This document shows, piece after piece, positions 18,250-27,656 of a stretch of DNA of 61,646 nt. The notes below the pieces were generated by a model, which had not been told where the DNA came from, did no database searches, and was given only the letters and a program-made list of their open reading frames with translations. How positions within the stretch are numbered: the first letter of the stretch is position 1; each line of letters begins with the position of its first letter. The position numbers were made by a program, and so were the translations under genes. This DNA is from Bdellovibrionales bacterium (GTDB lineage: Bacteria; Bdellovibrionota; Bdellovibrionia; Bdellovibrionales; UBA1609), in contig JANQSP010000022.1 of assembly GCA_028283955.1 (NCBI GenBank), positions 1 through 61,646 on the forward strand. Reading direction: 5' to 3'.

Positions 18250-18363
18250 ACAGTATCAAAATACATCTTGTTTTAAGAAACAGTGCATCAGGTCAGAGTA
18301 AAAATATAAGGAAGAGTTTAAAAGAAAGTGACAGCTTTCCTGTTTTTAATTTAAGACATCAGA

Positions 18364-19710
18364 ATGAAAAAAAAATTCTGGTTGAATTTGTCTGGGATTT
18401 TGCTGGCGGGTACTTTGTCTCTTTCATTTTCTCTAGCATGGTTTTTTTCTATTTATCAAAGTCGTCAGTTTAATAATCATGCCCGGTATTATTTATCTGA
18501 GAACTTTTCCTTTTTATATAATCACATTCAATCGTATTTGAAAAAAAAAGAGGACCCCTCTTTTTCTCAATTACAAAAAATATTATCTCTTTATGTTGTC
18601 GATGTACTTAATTCCGGGGAAGGAAAATCAGGTATTTCAGGACAGGAGATCGGCCCTCACCTTTCCTCCTCTTTTTTGGAAAATGTAAAAAAGAAGTTTG
18701 TTTTTCTATTACATGATTCCGGTCTCATATTGGCTCATTCTGAGCCGGAGTATAATGGAAAAAGTTTACCGAAATCGTCTGCTTTTTTTTCTTTAATTAA
18801 ACAACATTCAAAAGGATGGAATCAAATTGTTAAAGAAAACGAGTCAGATTTTTTAGTCACAGTAGCTCAGCCGATTTATATCAAATCTGTAAAACATTTT
18901 ATTGTTGCGGGGCAGCCTGCACAAACGCCTGGGACTTTATTTTTATCTTATTTTAAGTGGATTTTGTTGTTTAGTGTATTGTCTTTTTTATTTTTACTTT
19001 TGGTTGTCTTTTTGTATTTAAATTCTTTTGTCTATGCCGCTCATTTTTTATTTCGTCTTTTTGGAAAGCATTCTTTGGTGGAGAGAAAAAAGTTTCTTTC
19101 TTACCTCGCTCATACAGGTAATGTATACTTAAAAAGGAGTCGAATCGCTTTACTGTCTGTTTTACAAGCAGGTCAAAAAAAAGAGAAGAAAGATACATTG
19201 GCGTCGGAGATTTCCTTCTCGGATGTTGTTTATAAAGTTGTATATCAAAGTCGTTCTCTGTATCCGGATTTACTTATAGATAAGGAACTGAGTGCGGATG
19301 TAAATCTTCCTGTTTTTTCGGATAAACTCTTTCAGTCTCTTTGGGAGTTGATTAAAAACGTGGCTCAGACTACGCCAGCCGGTCAATCCGGGGAAGTGAA
19401 AATTCGTACATTTAAAAAAAGTAATAATTGGTTTTGTTGTGAAGTGGAAGATAAAGGGCCTGGAATGGATAGAAGTACAATGGAAAAAGCAACACAACTT
19501 TATTTCACAACGAACAAAGACTCTACGGGATTAGGGCTGCCTTTTGTACAATCTGTCCTGTCTCGTATGGGAGGTATAATGAAGTTGCAATCTTCTGAAA
19601 GCGGGGGACTGAAGGTTTGTTTATTTATCCCTATAGATTATATTAGTTATATCCAAAATCTCAAAACATCTTCTCAAGAAAAGGTTAGTCATATTGAAAT
19701 CAATTATTAA
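18364..19710 (+). CDS. Membrane sensor kinase-like protein (Cache-like sensor, HATPase) with divergent H-box
   Basis: Two TM segments; FLLHDSGLILAH Cache-like motif; HATPase boxes ELIKN, EDKGPGM, YFTT, STGLGL; H-box candidate FLSYLAHTGNVYL. Confidence 0.72.
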   Translation: MKKKFWLNLSGILLAGTLSLSFSLAWFFSIYQSRQFNNHARYYLSENFSFLYNHIQSYLKKKEDPSFSQLQKILSLYVVDVLNSGEGKSGISGQEIGPHLSSSFLENVKKKFVFLLHDSGLILAHSEPEYNGKSLPKSSAFFSLIKQHSKGWNQIVKENESDFLVTVAQPIYIKSVKHFIVAGQPAQTPGTLFLSYFKWILLFSVLSFLFLLLVVFLYLNSFVYAAHFLFRLFGKHSLVERKKFLSYLAHTGNVYLKRSRIALLSVLQAGQKKEKKDTLASEISFSDVVYKVVYQSRSLYPDLLIDKELSADVNLPVFSDKLFQSLWELIKNVAQTTPAGQSGEVKIRTFKKSNNWFCCEVEDKGPGMDRSTMEKATQLYFTTNKDSTGLGLPFVQSVLSRMGGIMKLQSSESGGLKVCLFIPIDYISYIQNLKTSSQEKVSHIEINY

Positions 19711-20719
19711 CAAAACAAATAACTCTGCTACCCCCTTTACGAAATGGGTGGCAGCTCTAAAAAAGCAGAATTCTTTTTCCACCTCTATTGATTATTTTGT
19801 GGAAACAGCTAATTTCCCGGTTTTATACTTTGAATATCAGGACTCCAAAGCCTGGCTGTCTTTGAAAAAAAGTTCAAATCTGGTAGTTGAGGATTTTTTG
19901 TGTTTGCGTTTGCCTGAATCAGGCTCTGTATTTGATCCAATACAACTGTATAAACCAAAACAAATTCCGATATTTCATTCTCATGTACAAAGGCTATTTG
20001 GTACACAGGAGTATCGATGTTTCCCTCTTATATTTAACAGGAGAGTGGTAGGGGTTTTTGCTTATCTATCGGATTCTGTTTTAGTCAAAGATCAATTATT
20101 TGTTTTAAACAGTTACATAAAGGATTTTCTATGGCGGGAGAAGTGGGAGAGGGATGGTACTATGGATGACCTGACAGGCTGTTTGAATAAAAAAGCTTTT
20201 TTGAAACAATTATTTATTGAAATTTCCAGAGCCCGTCGTCTTCAATTGCCTTTAAGTCTCATTTTATTGCAGCTGGATCAGTTTGAAACTTTGGAGTCTA
20301 ACTATAGTTCTTATAAGGCGAATATTTTTATTAAATCCCTTGTGAATAATTTAATAAAAGACAGCAGGTCTTATGATCTTTTTGGATGTTGGCCGACAGG
20401 ACAGGTAGGTGTCATTTTGCCCCATACCTCTGAAAGAGGAGCCGGCATGAAAGCGGAAAAAATAAGATGGTCTGTACAGTCTGCTGATTTTTCCAAAGTG
20501 TTTCCCTCTCATACTCATTTAACACTCAGTTTAGGGCTGTCTGAATACCCTCGTGCCAGTCGTTCGGCAGAGAGTCTTTTTCATTCGACCTTAAAAGCTT
20601 TGTCTTTTGCCGGTAAGGAATGCGGGGGTAACATGACAGCTGTTGCTACACCGCCAGTTGGATTTAAACCGGACTTTTCTGTTCAAAATACTGTGAACAA
20701 CTTGAGGGATTTAACTTAA
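19694..20719 (+). CDS. Degenerate GGDEF-domain protein, probable c-di-GMP receptor
   Basis: DDLTGCLNKKAF, LSLILLQLDQF, RSYD (I-site) followed by PTGQV in place of GG(D/E)EF, TLSLGLSEYP. Confidence 0.82.
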   Translation: MKSIINKTNNSATPFTKWVAALKKQNSFSTSIDYFVETANFPVLYFEYQDSKAWLSLKKSSNLVVEDFLCLRLPESGSVFDPIQLYKPKQIPIFHSHVQRLFGTQEYRCFPLIFNRRVVGVFAYLSDSVLVKDQLFVLNSYIKDFLWREKWERDGTMDDLTGCLNKKAFLKQLFIEISRARRLQLPLSLILLQLDQFETLESNYSSYKANIFIKSLVNNLIKDSRSYDLFGCWPTGQVGVILPHTSERGAGMKAEKIRWSVQSADFSKVFPSHTHLTLSLGLSEYPRASRSAESLFHSTLKALSFAGKECGGNMTAVATPPVGFKPDFSVQNTVNNLRDLT

Positions 20720-21873
20720 TGAGAGCTTGTTTGGAGGTGGATGTACAAGCCTTCAGTGAGAATGTAAGGACACTGTCAACCCTGGCTGGTAAAAATAGTT
20801 TCTTCTGTCCTATGATTAAAGCGGATAGCTATGGTCATGGGGCATTGGTTATGGCAAAAAAACTGCAATCTATGGGATGTAAAAGACTGGGAGTTATTTC
20901 TGTTGAAGAAGGATTACAGTTAAAGAGTATCTCCAATGAGGTGGATGTTTATGTTTTCGGTTCTTATGATAGAGATCAGATTAATGTTATTGATTCTTGC
21001 CGCTTTATTCCTGTAGTGGGACAATGGACAGATTTAAAAAATCTGTTAAAGTCAGAGAGAAAAGAAATACCTTTTCATATTAAATTTAATTTGGGAATGA
21101 ATCGACTTGGGTTTTCATTATCCGAGCTTTCCTCTATAGCTGAGTATGTTCAAAGTTGTCCACATTTGAAGTTAAAAGGTATTTGTTCTCATTTAGGTGA
21201 AGGAGATAAGATACATAAAACATTACAGAAGATTGTTTCTTTTAAGGATGTTTGTCGTTATTTTCAAAGTTTTTTTCCTTTTGAGAAGTTACAGTGTCAT
21301 TTGTTAGGGAGTGCAGGCTGGTGGAATTTATGGAGTTATTCCAAGTTGGAACCAAACCTGGGGTTTAGACCGGGTATTTGTTTGTATGGAATTAAGCCTC
21401 CTATGATTTTTGAATATGAGGAAGCAAAAAAGAAATATAATTCTGTAAGTTTAAAAAATGTTTCTGTTTTAAAATCGTTTGTTGTACAGTCACGTGTCTT
21501 ATCTGCCGGTCAATCGGTTTCTTATGGAGGTACATGGACGGCAGAAAAGCGATCAGTATTGGCAGTGGTTTCTATGGGATATGCAGATGGGCTTCCTTAT
21601 AGATTGTCTAATAAAGCTGATGTGTTATTTCGTGGTAAAAAAGTGCCTATTGTCGGTCGCATTTGCATGGATTTTTTTATGATAGATGTGACAATGGTTG
21701 TAGAAGAACAGGAAGAAGTGGGTAAAGGGGAAGAGGTGGTTATTTTTGGTTCTCAGGGGAATAATTTTATTTCTGTTGAAGAGCAGGCTGAAAAAGCGGG
21801 GTCTATTCCTTATGAATTGTTGACCAGGATTGGAAACAGAGTACATAGAGAATATTTGTTGAAGCCGGATTAA
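20719..21873 (+). CDS. alr: Alanine racemase
   Basis: MIKADSYGHG (PLP lysine), GMNRLG, RPGICLYG, VSYGG, GYADG, GRICMD, IPYE. Confidence 0.96.
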   Translation: MRACLEVDVQAFSENVRTLSTLAGKNSFFCPMIKADSYGHGALVMAKKLQSMGCKRLGVISVEEGLQLKSISNEVDVYVFGSYDRDQINVIDSCRFIPVVGQWTDLKNLLKSERKEIPFHIKFNLGMNRLGFSLSELSSIAEYVQSCPHLKLKGICSHLGEGDKIHKTLQKIVSFKDVCRYFQSFFPFEKLQCHLLGSAGWWNLWSYSKLEPNLGFRPGICLYGIKPPMIFEYEEAKKKYNSVSLKNVSVLKSFVVQSRVLSAGQSVSYGGTWTAEKRSVLAVVSMGYADGLPYRLSNKADVLFRGKKVPIVGRICMDFFMIDVTMVVEEQEEVGKGEEVVIFGSQGNNFISVEEQAEKAGSIPYELLTRIGNRVHREYLLKPD

Positions 21874-21894
21874 TTTTGTTGAAGCCGGATTAAT
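21855..21894 (+). repeat. Perfect 2 x 20-bp tandem duplication spanning the alr stop codon
   Basis: TTTGTTGAAGCCGGATTAAT at 21855-21874 and again at 21875-21894. Confidence 0.95.
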
Positions 21895-21909
21895 AAGGAG
21901 AAAGCGGAT

Positions 21910-23475
21910 TTGGAAAAAGAATCTAATAAACATTCCTATTCCACGGTTGTGGCAGGATTTAAAAATGCTTTGGTTAGCGTCAGTAATAAAGAAGGATTGG
22001 TGGATTTTATTTATCCTCTGGCTAAGAATGGTATGAGGGTGGTCTCAACGGGTGGCACGGCTGCTCAGCTTAAACAGGCGGGTGTTTCCGTTGTAGAGGT
22101 AAGTGAACAAACCGGCTTTGATGAGGTAATGGACGGGAGGGTGAAGTCTCTTCATCCATATATTTATATGCCTCTTTTAGCTCGCCCGAATCATACAGGC
22201 GATCAGGAAACTTTGGGACAAAAAGGACTGTCCCATTTTGATTTGGTGGTGTGTAATTTATATCCTTTTAAGGAAAAGAGAAAACAAGGGCATAAGGATT
22301 TAGTGGAACTAATAGATGTGGGTGGCCCTTCTTTGTTGCGGGCGGCAGCTAAGAACTTTGAGCAAATAACTGTATTGTGTGATCCTGCTGATTATCAGCA
22401 AATTTTAAAAGAAGGGAAGATTCCCACCTTGGAGAAGAGAAAGCAGTTAGCTGGAAAGGCTTTTTCCCTGTTAGCTGATTATAATTCCTGTATTGTTGAT
22501 TGGATCCGGGGAAACTCCCGGGAAGAAGGGGAAGACTTAAATCTAAAAGGGTATTTTTATAAAAAACTTCGTTATGGTGAAAATCCGGATCAAAGGGCCA
22601 GTTGGTTTCATTTTAAACGAACAGGACTTCAACAAGCTTCATGTCTGCAGGGAAAAGAGTTATCTTTTAATAATATTTGTGATTTGGATTCGGCTGTTTC
22701 TGTAGTGAGGGAATTTTCAACTCCCTGTAGTGTAGCTATAAAACATAATAACCCTTGTGGGGTTGCTTGTGGTGACACGATAGAGCAGGCTATAGCTTTG
22801 TCATTAAAAGCAGATCCATTAAGTGTTTTTGGGGCTGTTGTAGCTATAAATCAACCTGTTTCTAAAGAGGCCGCTCTGGCTTTGTGCTCTCTTTTTTTGG
22901 AGGCGGTGATCGCTCCTGATTATAGTTCTTCCGCCTTGGAGGTTTTTAAACATAAGAAAAAAAATCTGCGTGTAATGAAATGGGCTGAATTGATGAATCA
23001 GAGTTCAGACTCCCTTAAGATACGTTGTGTAGATGGTGGTTTACTGGTACAGGAAAACCAGAAATTAGCAGAGGAATGGAAATCGGATTGGCAATGTGTA
23101 CAAAAGGTCCCTGATTCTTCTGTGCAGGCTGAACTTTTAATGGCATGGAAAGTGTGTGCTCATCTAAAAAGTAACGCCATTGCTTTGGTTTCAAATAATC
23201 AAACTGTGGGTTTGGGTATGGGACAGGTGGATCGTGTATCAGCAGTGGAATCGGCTATTCAAAGATGGAAGAAATTTCACCCTCATATCCGGGCACCTGT
23301 ATTGGCGAGTGATGGTTTTTTTCCTTTTCCGGATTCTATAGAAGCGGCGGCTGCAGCTGGTGTGAAATGGATTATCCAACCAGGCGGTTCTATCAGAGAT
23401 TCAGAAGTAATTAAAAGAGCTGAAGAATTGTCAGTTAATATGGTGTTAACTGGGCAAAGATGTTTTTCACATTAA
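21910..23475 (+). CDS. purH: AICAR transformylase / IMP cyclohydrolase
   Basis: ALVSVSNK, STGGTA, GRVKSLHP, IDVGGPSLLRAAAKN, LRYGENPDQ, KHNNPCG, KSNAI, ASDGFFPFPD. Confidence 0.97.
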   Translation: MEKESNKHSYSTVVAGFKNALVSVSNKEGLVDFIYPLAKNGMRVVSTGGTAAQLKQAGVSVVEVSEQTGFDEVMDGRVKSLHPYIYMPLLARPNHTGDQETLGQKGLSHFDLVVCNLYPFKEKRKQGHKDLVELIDVGGPSLLRAAAKNFEQITVLCDPADYQQILKEGKIPTLEKRKQLAGKAFSLLADYNSCIVDWIRGNSREEGEDLNLKGYFYKKLRYGENPDQRASWFHFKRTGLQQASCLQGKELSFNNICDLDSAVSVVREFSTPCSVAIKHNNPCGVACGDTIEQAIALSLKADPLSVFGAVVAINQPVSKEAALALCSLFLEAVIAPDYSSSALEVFKHKKKNLRVMKWAELMNQSSDSLKIRCVDGGLLVQENQKLAEEWKSDWQCVQKVPDSSVQAELLMAWKVCAHLKSNAIALVSNNQTVGLGMGQVDRVSAVESAIQRWKKFHPHIRAPVLASDGFFPFPDSIEAAAAAGVKWIIQPGGSIRDSEVIKRAEELSVNMVLTGQRCFSH

Positions 23476-23510
23476 AATACTAAAAAGCAGTAAAATAATA
23501 GAAAGTCTTC

Positions 23511-23560
23511 AAAAAAAGGGGATAAGGTGGAAGCGTCGCGATACCTTATAAAAAAAGGGG
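23511..23560. repeat. 11-bp direct repeats flanking a 28-bp hairpin
   Basis: AAAAAAAGGGG at 23511-23521 and 23550-23560 directly bracket ATAAGGT-N14-ACCTTAT (23522-23549). Confidence 0.7.
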
Positions 23561-23611
23561 CTATATTTTTCTGTTTTTGCAGGTGACAAAATAATTTAAA
23601 GTAAGGAAAAT

Positions 23612-25309
23612 ATGTTTATGTCAGATAAAAATGAAGAAAAAAAATGGCTGGTAAAAAATAACACCCAGATTATTGGTCCTTTTACTGAGAGTGAACTGAC
23701 AGAAGAGTTAAAAAAAGGTTATCTCTCGCCTTTTGCTACGGCTTGTGTTCCGGGGCAGATATTCTGGGGGTTTATAGCCGCTTATCCTGAGTTTGCCAGT
23801 CATACGGATATTACCAAGTTAACACAATTTACAAAATCATTAAGTGCTACAAATACATATACGTTTGGTACGCAGACAATCCCTCATGACTTGGAAAACA
23901 AAGTAGCCACTCCTGATTCCGGCTCTCCTTCCGATGTGCAGGACTTACCCTATGCGGAAATAGAAAAAACACCGGAGGTTATCCAAACAGAAACAAGAAA
24001 AAAGAAAATAAATTTATTTTTACTGTTAGGTTCTGTTGTGGTGTTTTTTGTATGGGTCTTTTTTATTTTTTCTAATAAAGAATCCGGCCTGCATAAATCC
24101 AAAGAGCAATTGAAGTCTGCTTTTGGTCAGGCTTATTTTTTTACCGGCGATTATTCAAATGCAATGAAAATATGGGGAGAGGAAAAGGAAAAGGGTAAAA
24201 TAAGTCAAGATAATGAACTGTTATTTCAGACTTTAAAATTTCAATTAAATAATAATATCTCCCAGAGTGAGGGGATAATAAAAGTATATGAAGATCAAAA
24301 CCCTGAATTGGCAAAAATGGTGAGAGCTTTAGTGCAGCTAAAAACCGGTAATTTACAATCTGCCAGGCAACTCTTTAATGAGTTAATCAGTGGTGGTCAA
24401 TCGGAGGAAATGAGAAGAGCGGCCTTTGCAAATTTGGCACTTTTATCCGCGAAACAGGGAGATTGTCAGTTTTTTGAACAGTATAAAGAGGATCAGTTTG
24501 GAAATAGAAAATTAATTCACTTTTCCTTTTCTTTATGTCTTTTACAATTAAACTTTGCAACTGTTGATCAGCAAATGAAAGCGGAGTATTTTTTACAGGA
24601 AATTTCCAGGAAGCCGGAGGATTACTATCAGGAGGCTATGGTCGGATTGATTTACATAGAATATCAAAGAGGTAAGTCAGTACTGAATTTGATTGAAACA
24701 CTGTTAGATAGCGATCCTGAATTGACGGATAATTATTATTATAATGTCTATATTGACAGGAGGTTTTACTCATGGCCTGAGTTGCTTCCTGTGTGTGAAA
24801 AAGTTTATTCTACTAATCAAAACAACCAATTAATGATTGCTTTTTATGCTTACTGTTTGGTTCGGGCTCATCGGTATGAGTTGGCTCAGGAGTTCATACA
24901 AAAAGCTGTTTTAATTGATTCCAGGAATGTGTTAATCAAAACTGTTCATGCTTATATCACTGGTTTTATTAATTTAAGGGATCAATCTGTTTTAATTTTG
25001 GGTGACGCTATCCAATCTAACTCTGATATGAAGTATGTGCTTCCTTATATTTTACAGGCTCAGTTTTGTGAGGAAAATGAGGATTGGGAGTGTGCTGTTC
25101 AAAACTGGCGGCTTGTTTTAAAAAATACTCCTAACTCTGTTTCCGCTTTGGGTGGCCTGGCATATGCCAAATATAACCAGGATCACCATGGAGAGGCAAA
25201 AGTATATATGGAACGTGGTTTTGAGATAGATGATAGGGGATTGTATAGCCGTCTTTTATTTGTTGAGAAAATGTTACAAGAGATGGAAAACAGGGGTTTA
25301 CAGCAGTAA
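23612..25309 (+). CDS. Membrane-anchored TPR protein with N-terminal GYF-like domain
   Basis: WLVKNNTQIIGPFTESEL resembles GYF_2; single TM (INLFLLLGSVVVFFVWVFFIF); C-terminal helical TPR-like repeats. Confidence 0.65.
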   Translation: MFMSDKNEEKKWLVKNNTQIIGPFTESELTEELKKGYLSPFATACVPGQIFWGFIAAYPEFASHTDITKLTQFTKSLSATNTYTFGTQTIPHDLENKVATPDSGSPSDVQDLPYAEIEKTPEVIQTETRKKKINLFLLLGSVVVFFVWVFFIFSNKESGLHKSKEQLKSAFGQAYFFTGDYSNAMKIWGEEKEKGKISQDNELLFQTLKFQLNNNISQSEGIIKVYEDQNPELAKMVRALVQLKTGNLQSARQLFNELISGGQSEEMRRAAFANLALLSAKQGDCQFFEQYKEDQFGNRKLIHFSFSLCLLQLNFATVDQQMKAEYFLQEISRKPEDYYQEAMVGLIYIEYQRGKSVLNLIETLLDSDPELTDNYYYNVYIDRRFYSWPELLPVCEKVYSTNQNNQLMIAFYAYCLVRAHRYELAQEFIQKAVLIDSRNVLIKTVHAYITGFINLRDQSVLILGDAIQSNSDMKYVLPYILQAQFCEENEDWECAVQNWRLVLKNTPNSVSALGGLAYAKYNQDHHGEAKVYMERGFEIDDRGLYSRLLFVEKMLQEMENRGLQQ

Positions 25310-25373
25310 GCTTGTAAAAAAGAGCAAATTATAGGAGCTTAGGTCATATAATGATTAAATTTTGTTGCTATAT

Positions 25374-27656
25374 TTATGTATGGCTTACGTAATAAGTGTA
25401 GTGTTCTGTCTGATGATGACCTGGTTTCAGACTGGATAAAAAAGGAAAACGACTGGGCCAACTGTTTTTTTCCGGTTTACCTGAACCAATAAGTGTAACA
25501 GTTTCTTTGGCCCTGGTTAAGGCTACATAAAGTAGCCGGTCAAACTCCTGCAGTTCGATATTTTTTTGTTCAGCCTGGATTTTTTTATGCAGTGAAGATT
25601 TTATTCTTTTATCTTCTGTTTGTGATCTAACGGATACAGTCCAATTATCTGTTTCTTTTTGATTGATAAAGTATTGATCTTTTTCTGCTTGTTTAAACCC
25701 GGAGCATAGTTTTATAAGGATGATGTGTTTAAACTCCAGGCCTTTAGCTGCGTGGATGGTCATTATTTGTATACCTGAGTTTTCAATAGCGGATACAGCA
25801 TTTTGGGAGTAATTTATTTCAGAATCTGTAGTGAGACTGTCGTGCAGAAGATAGTCCACAAAAGCAGATAGATTACCCTCCCTTTTTGATTCGTATTCTT
25901 TTAAACAGTAAATTAATTTCCATAAATTAGCTTCTCGTACTCCTGTTGGATCCTGGTAATAGGATAAGTCAATGAAACCCAAAGACTCCAGAGCGTTTTG
26001 AAAACTTTGTATGATACCTGTTTTTTCTGTGTTTTCAAAATGACTTTTTATCTTTTGGATAGTGTGTTTTGCAGGTTCTTTATTAAGGTTTGCCGTTAGC
26101 AGAAAGCTCCAAATCGATTTTTTGCTTTGTTTCCCCCTTTCTGCATCTGTTTTTTTAGCTATCCAGTCAGCAAGTGTTTGATCGGGTATGCGACAATAAG
26201 GTGTCCTTAGAAGACCAATGAGGTTTTCATCATCATGAGGGTTTAGTAAAAACCGCAAAAGAAACAAGGAGTCTATCACTTCTCTTCTGTTTGTGAAACT
26301 ACCGGAGGAATGTAGATGAATGGGCCGTTTTTTGTTTTTTAGATATTGAGCTAATTGATATAGAGGTTTATTTTGCCTTGCTAACACAGCTATGTCTTCC
26401 GGTTTTACTTTTTGTTTTAGAAGTTCGTTAATTCTGCTTTCCGCCTCCTGTAGTTCTATTTCCTCTCTATTGATTTTTTTTTGAGAGGAACTATGTAAAA
26501 TCAGACGTGCCACTTCTTTTTCTTTTTTATATATTGTATTTACAGGTTTCATTTTTTTAAATGTGTCTTCGGGAAAAAAATCATTGAAGAAAGATATTAA
26601 TTCAGAGCAAGAACGGTAATTTGTATTTAAGTGTTTGATTTCAGATAGAGATGTTTTTTCGGCTTCTTGTTCTTTTTGTTGAAACACGGATACATCTGCA
26701 CCACGAAAGTAGTAAATACTTTGCTGTGGGTCTCCCACGATAAACATCTGACTGTTTTTACTTAACAGGTCTAAGATATTTTTTTGTATTTGACTGGTGT
26801 CCTGGTACTCATCCAGAAACCAAAAATCCCAGATAGGGTCTTTAAATGGTGTGCTGTTTCCCTTTTTTTTAAGAATTTCCATGGTCATTGTTTCCAGGTC
26901 ATTTAATGTGATCTGGCTTAATTCTCTTTTCTTTTGATTCCAGACGGGTATAATTTCTTTACTTAGTTTTTCTAATTCCAGGGAAAGAAATGTAAATGTA
27001 TCTATATGGATTTCTTCATTTTGTAATTCCAGTAGTGCTTCACTTTGTTTTTTACTCTGTTTTATTTTTAACTCTTTTAATAAAATATTTTTTTTCTCAT
27101 TCAGGGTGTCTTGTATCTCTTTTTTGCTTATAGGGGATCCTTTTGGTTGATTTTGGATATGTAAGATATATTGTTTTACAATGGCGGCCATTTCTTTAAA
27201 GGAATAATGGTCCAGAATAGCTGTTCCTGTTTTTTGCTCAAAGACGATATATTTAAGTATGGAAATGAATAGTTCGTGAGAATCTTTTTCATTTGTTATT
27301 GTAGTACCCGGGCTGAAATTAATTTTATATCCATATGTTTGGATGAAACGGTTAAAAATGCCATGAAGGGTGGAAATTTGCAGTGAAGGTGAGTAGTTGA
27401 TATATTGAATAAAGTCTGTATTTTGTCTTTCGAGTGCTTTTATCAGCATTCGTTCTTTAATCTCCCGGGTGGCTTTGCGTGTGAAGGTACTAACCGCAAC
27501 ACGAGGAAATATTTTTTTCTCTGCGTGATATGATAATATGCAGTTTATCACATTATCAATTAAAGCTGTTGTTTTTCCTGCCCCGGCACCGGCTCTAATT
27601 AATGTTAGTTTAAATGGCTCGCCCGACATATTTTCCTCCATTTGCATTTGATACAC
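25374..27656 (-). CDS. addA: UvrD-type (SF1A) helicase, AddA-like, without a C-terminal nuclease domain
   Basis: AGAGAGKTT, STLHG, LDEYQDTS, VGDPQQSIYYFRGA, NYRS, TIHAAKGLEF, LLYVALTRAK; overlaps the addB-like gene. Confidence 0.82.
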   Translation of the reverse strand: MYQMQMEENMSGEPFKLTLIRAGAGAGKTTALIDNVINCILSYHAEKKIFPRVAVSTFTRKATREIKERMLIKALERQNTDFIQYINYSPSLQISTLHGIFNRFIQTYGYKINFSPGTTITNEKDSHELFISILKYIVFEQKTGTAILDHYSFKEMAAIVKQYILHIQNQPKGSPISKKEIQDTLNEKKNILLKELKIKQSKKQSEALLELQNEEIHIDTFTFLSLELEKLSKEIIPVWNQKKRELSQITLNDLETMTMEILKKKGNSTPFKDPIWDFWFLDEYQDTSQIQKNILDLLSKNSQMFIVGDPQQSIYYFRGADVSVFQQKEQEAEKTSLSEIKHLNTNYRSCSELISFFNDFFPEDTFKKMKPVNTIYKKEKEVARLILHSSSQKKINREEIELQEAESRINELLKQKVKPEDIAVLARQNKPLYQLAQYLKNKKRPIHLHSSGSFTNRREVIDSLFLLRFLLNPHDDENLIGLLRTPYCRIPDQTLADWIAKKTDAERGKQSKKSIWSFLLTANLNKEPAKHTIQKIKSHFENTEKTGIIQSFQNALESLGFIDLSYYQDPTGVREANLWKLIYCLKEYESKREGNLSAFVDYLLHDSLTTDSEINYSQNAVSAIENSGIQIMTIHAAKGLEFKHIILIKLCSGFKQAEKDQYFINQKETDNWTVSVRSQTEDKRIKSSLHKKIQAEQKNIELQEFDRLLYVALTRAKETVTLIGSGKPEKNSWPSRFPFLSSLKPGHHQTEHYTYYVSHT

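Noticed and set aside
21855-21894. 20-bp repeat as a CRISPR array
   Set aside because: Two abutting copies with no spacer and no cas genes.
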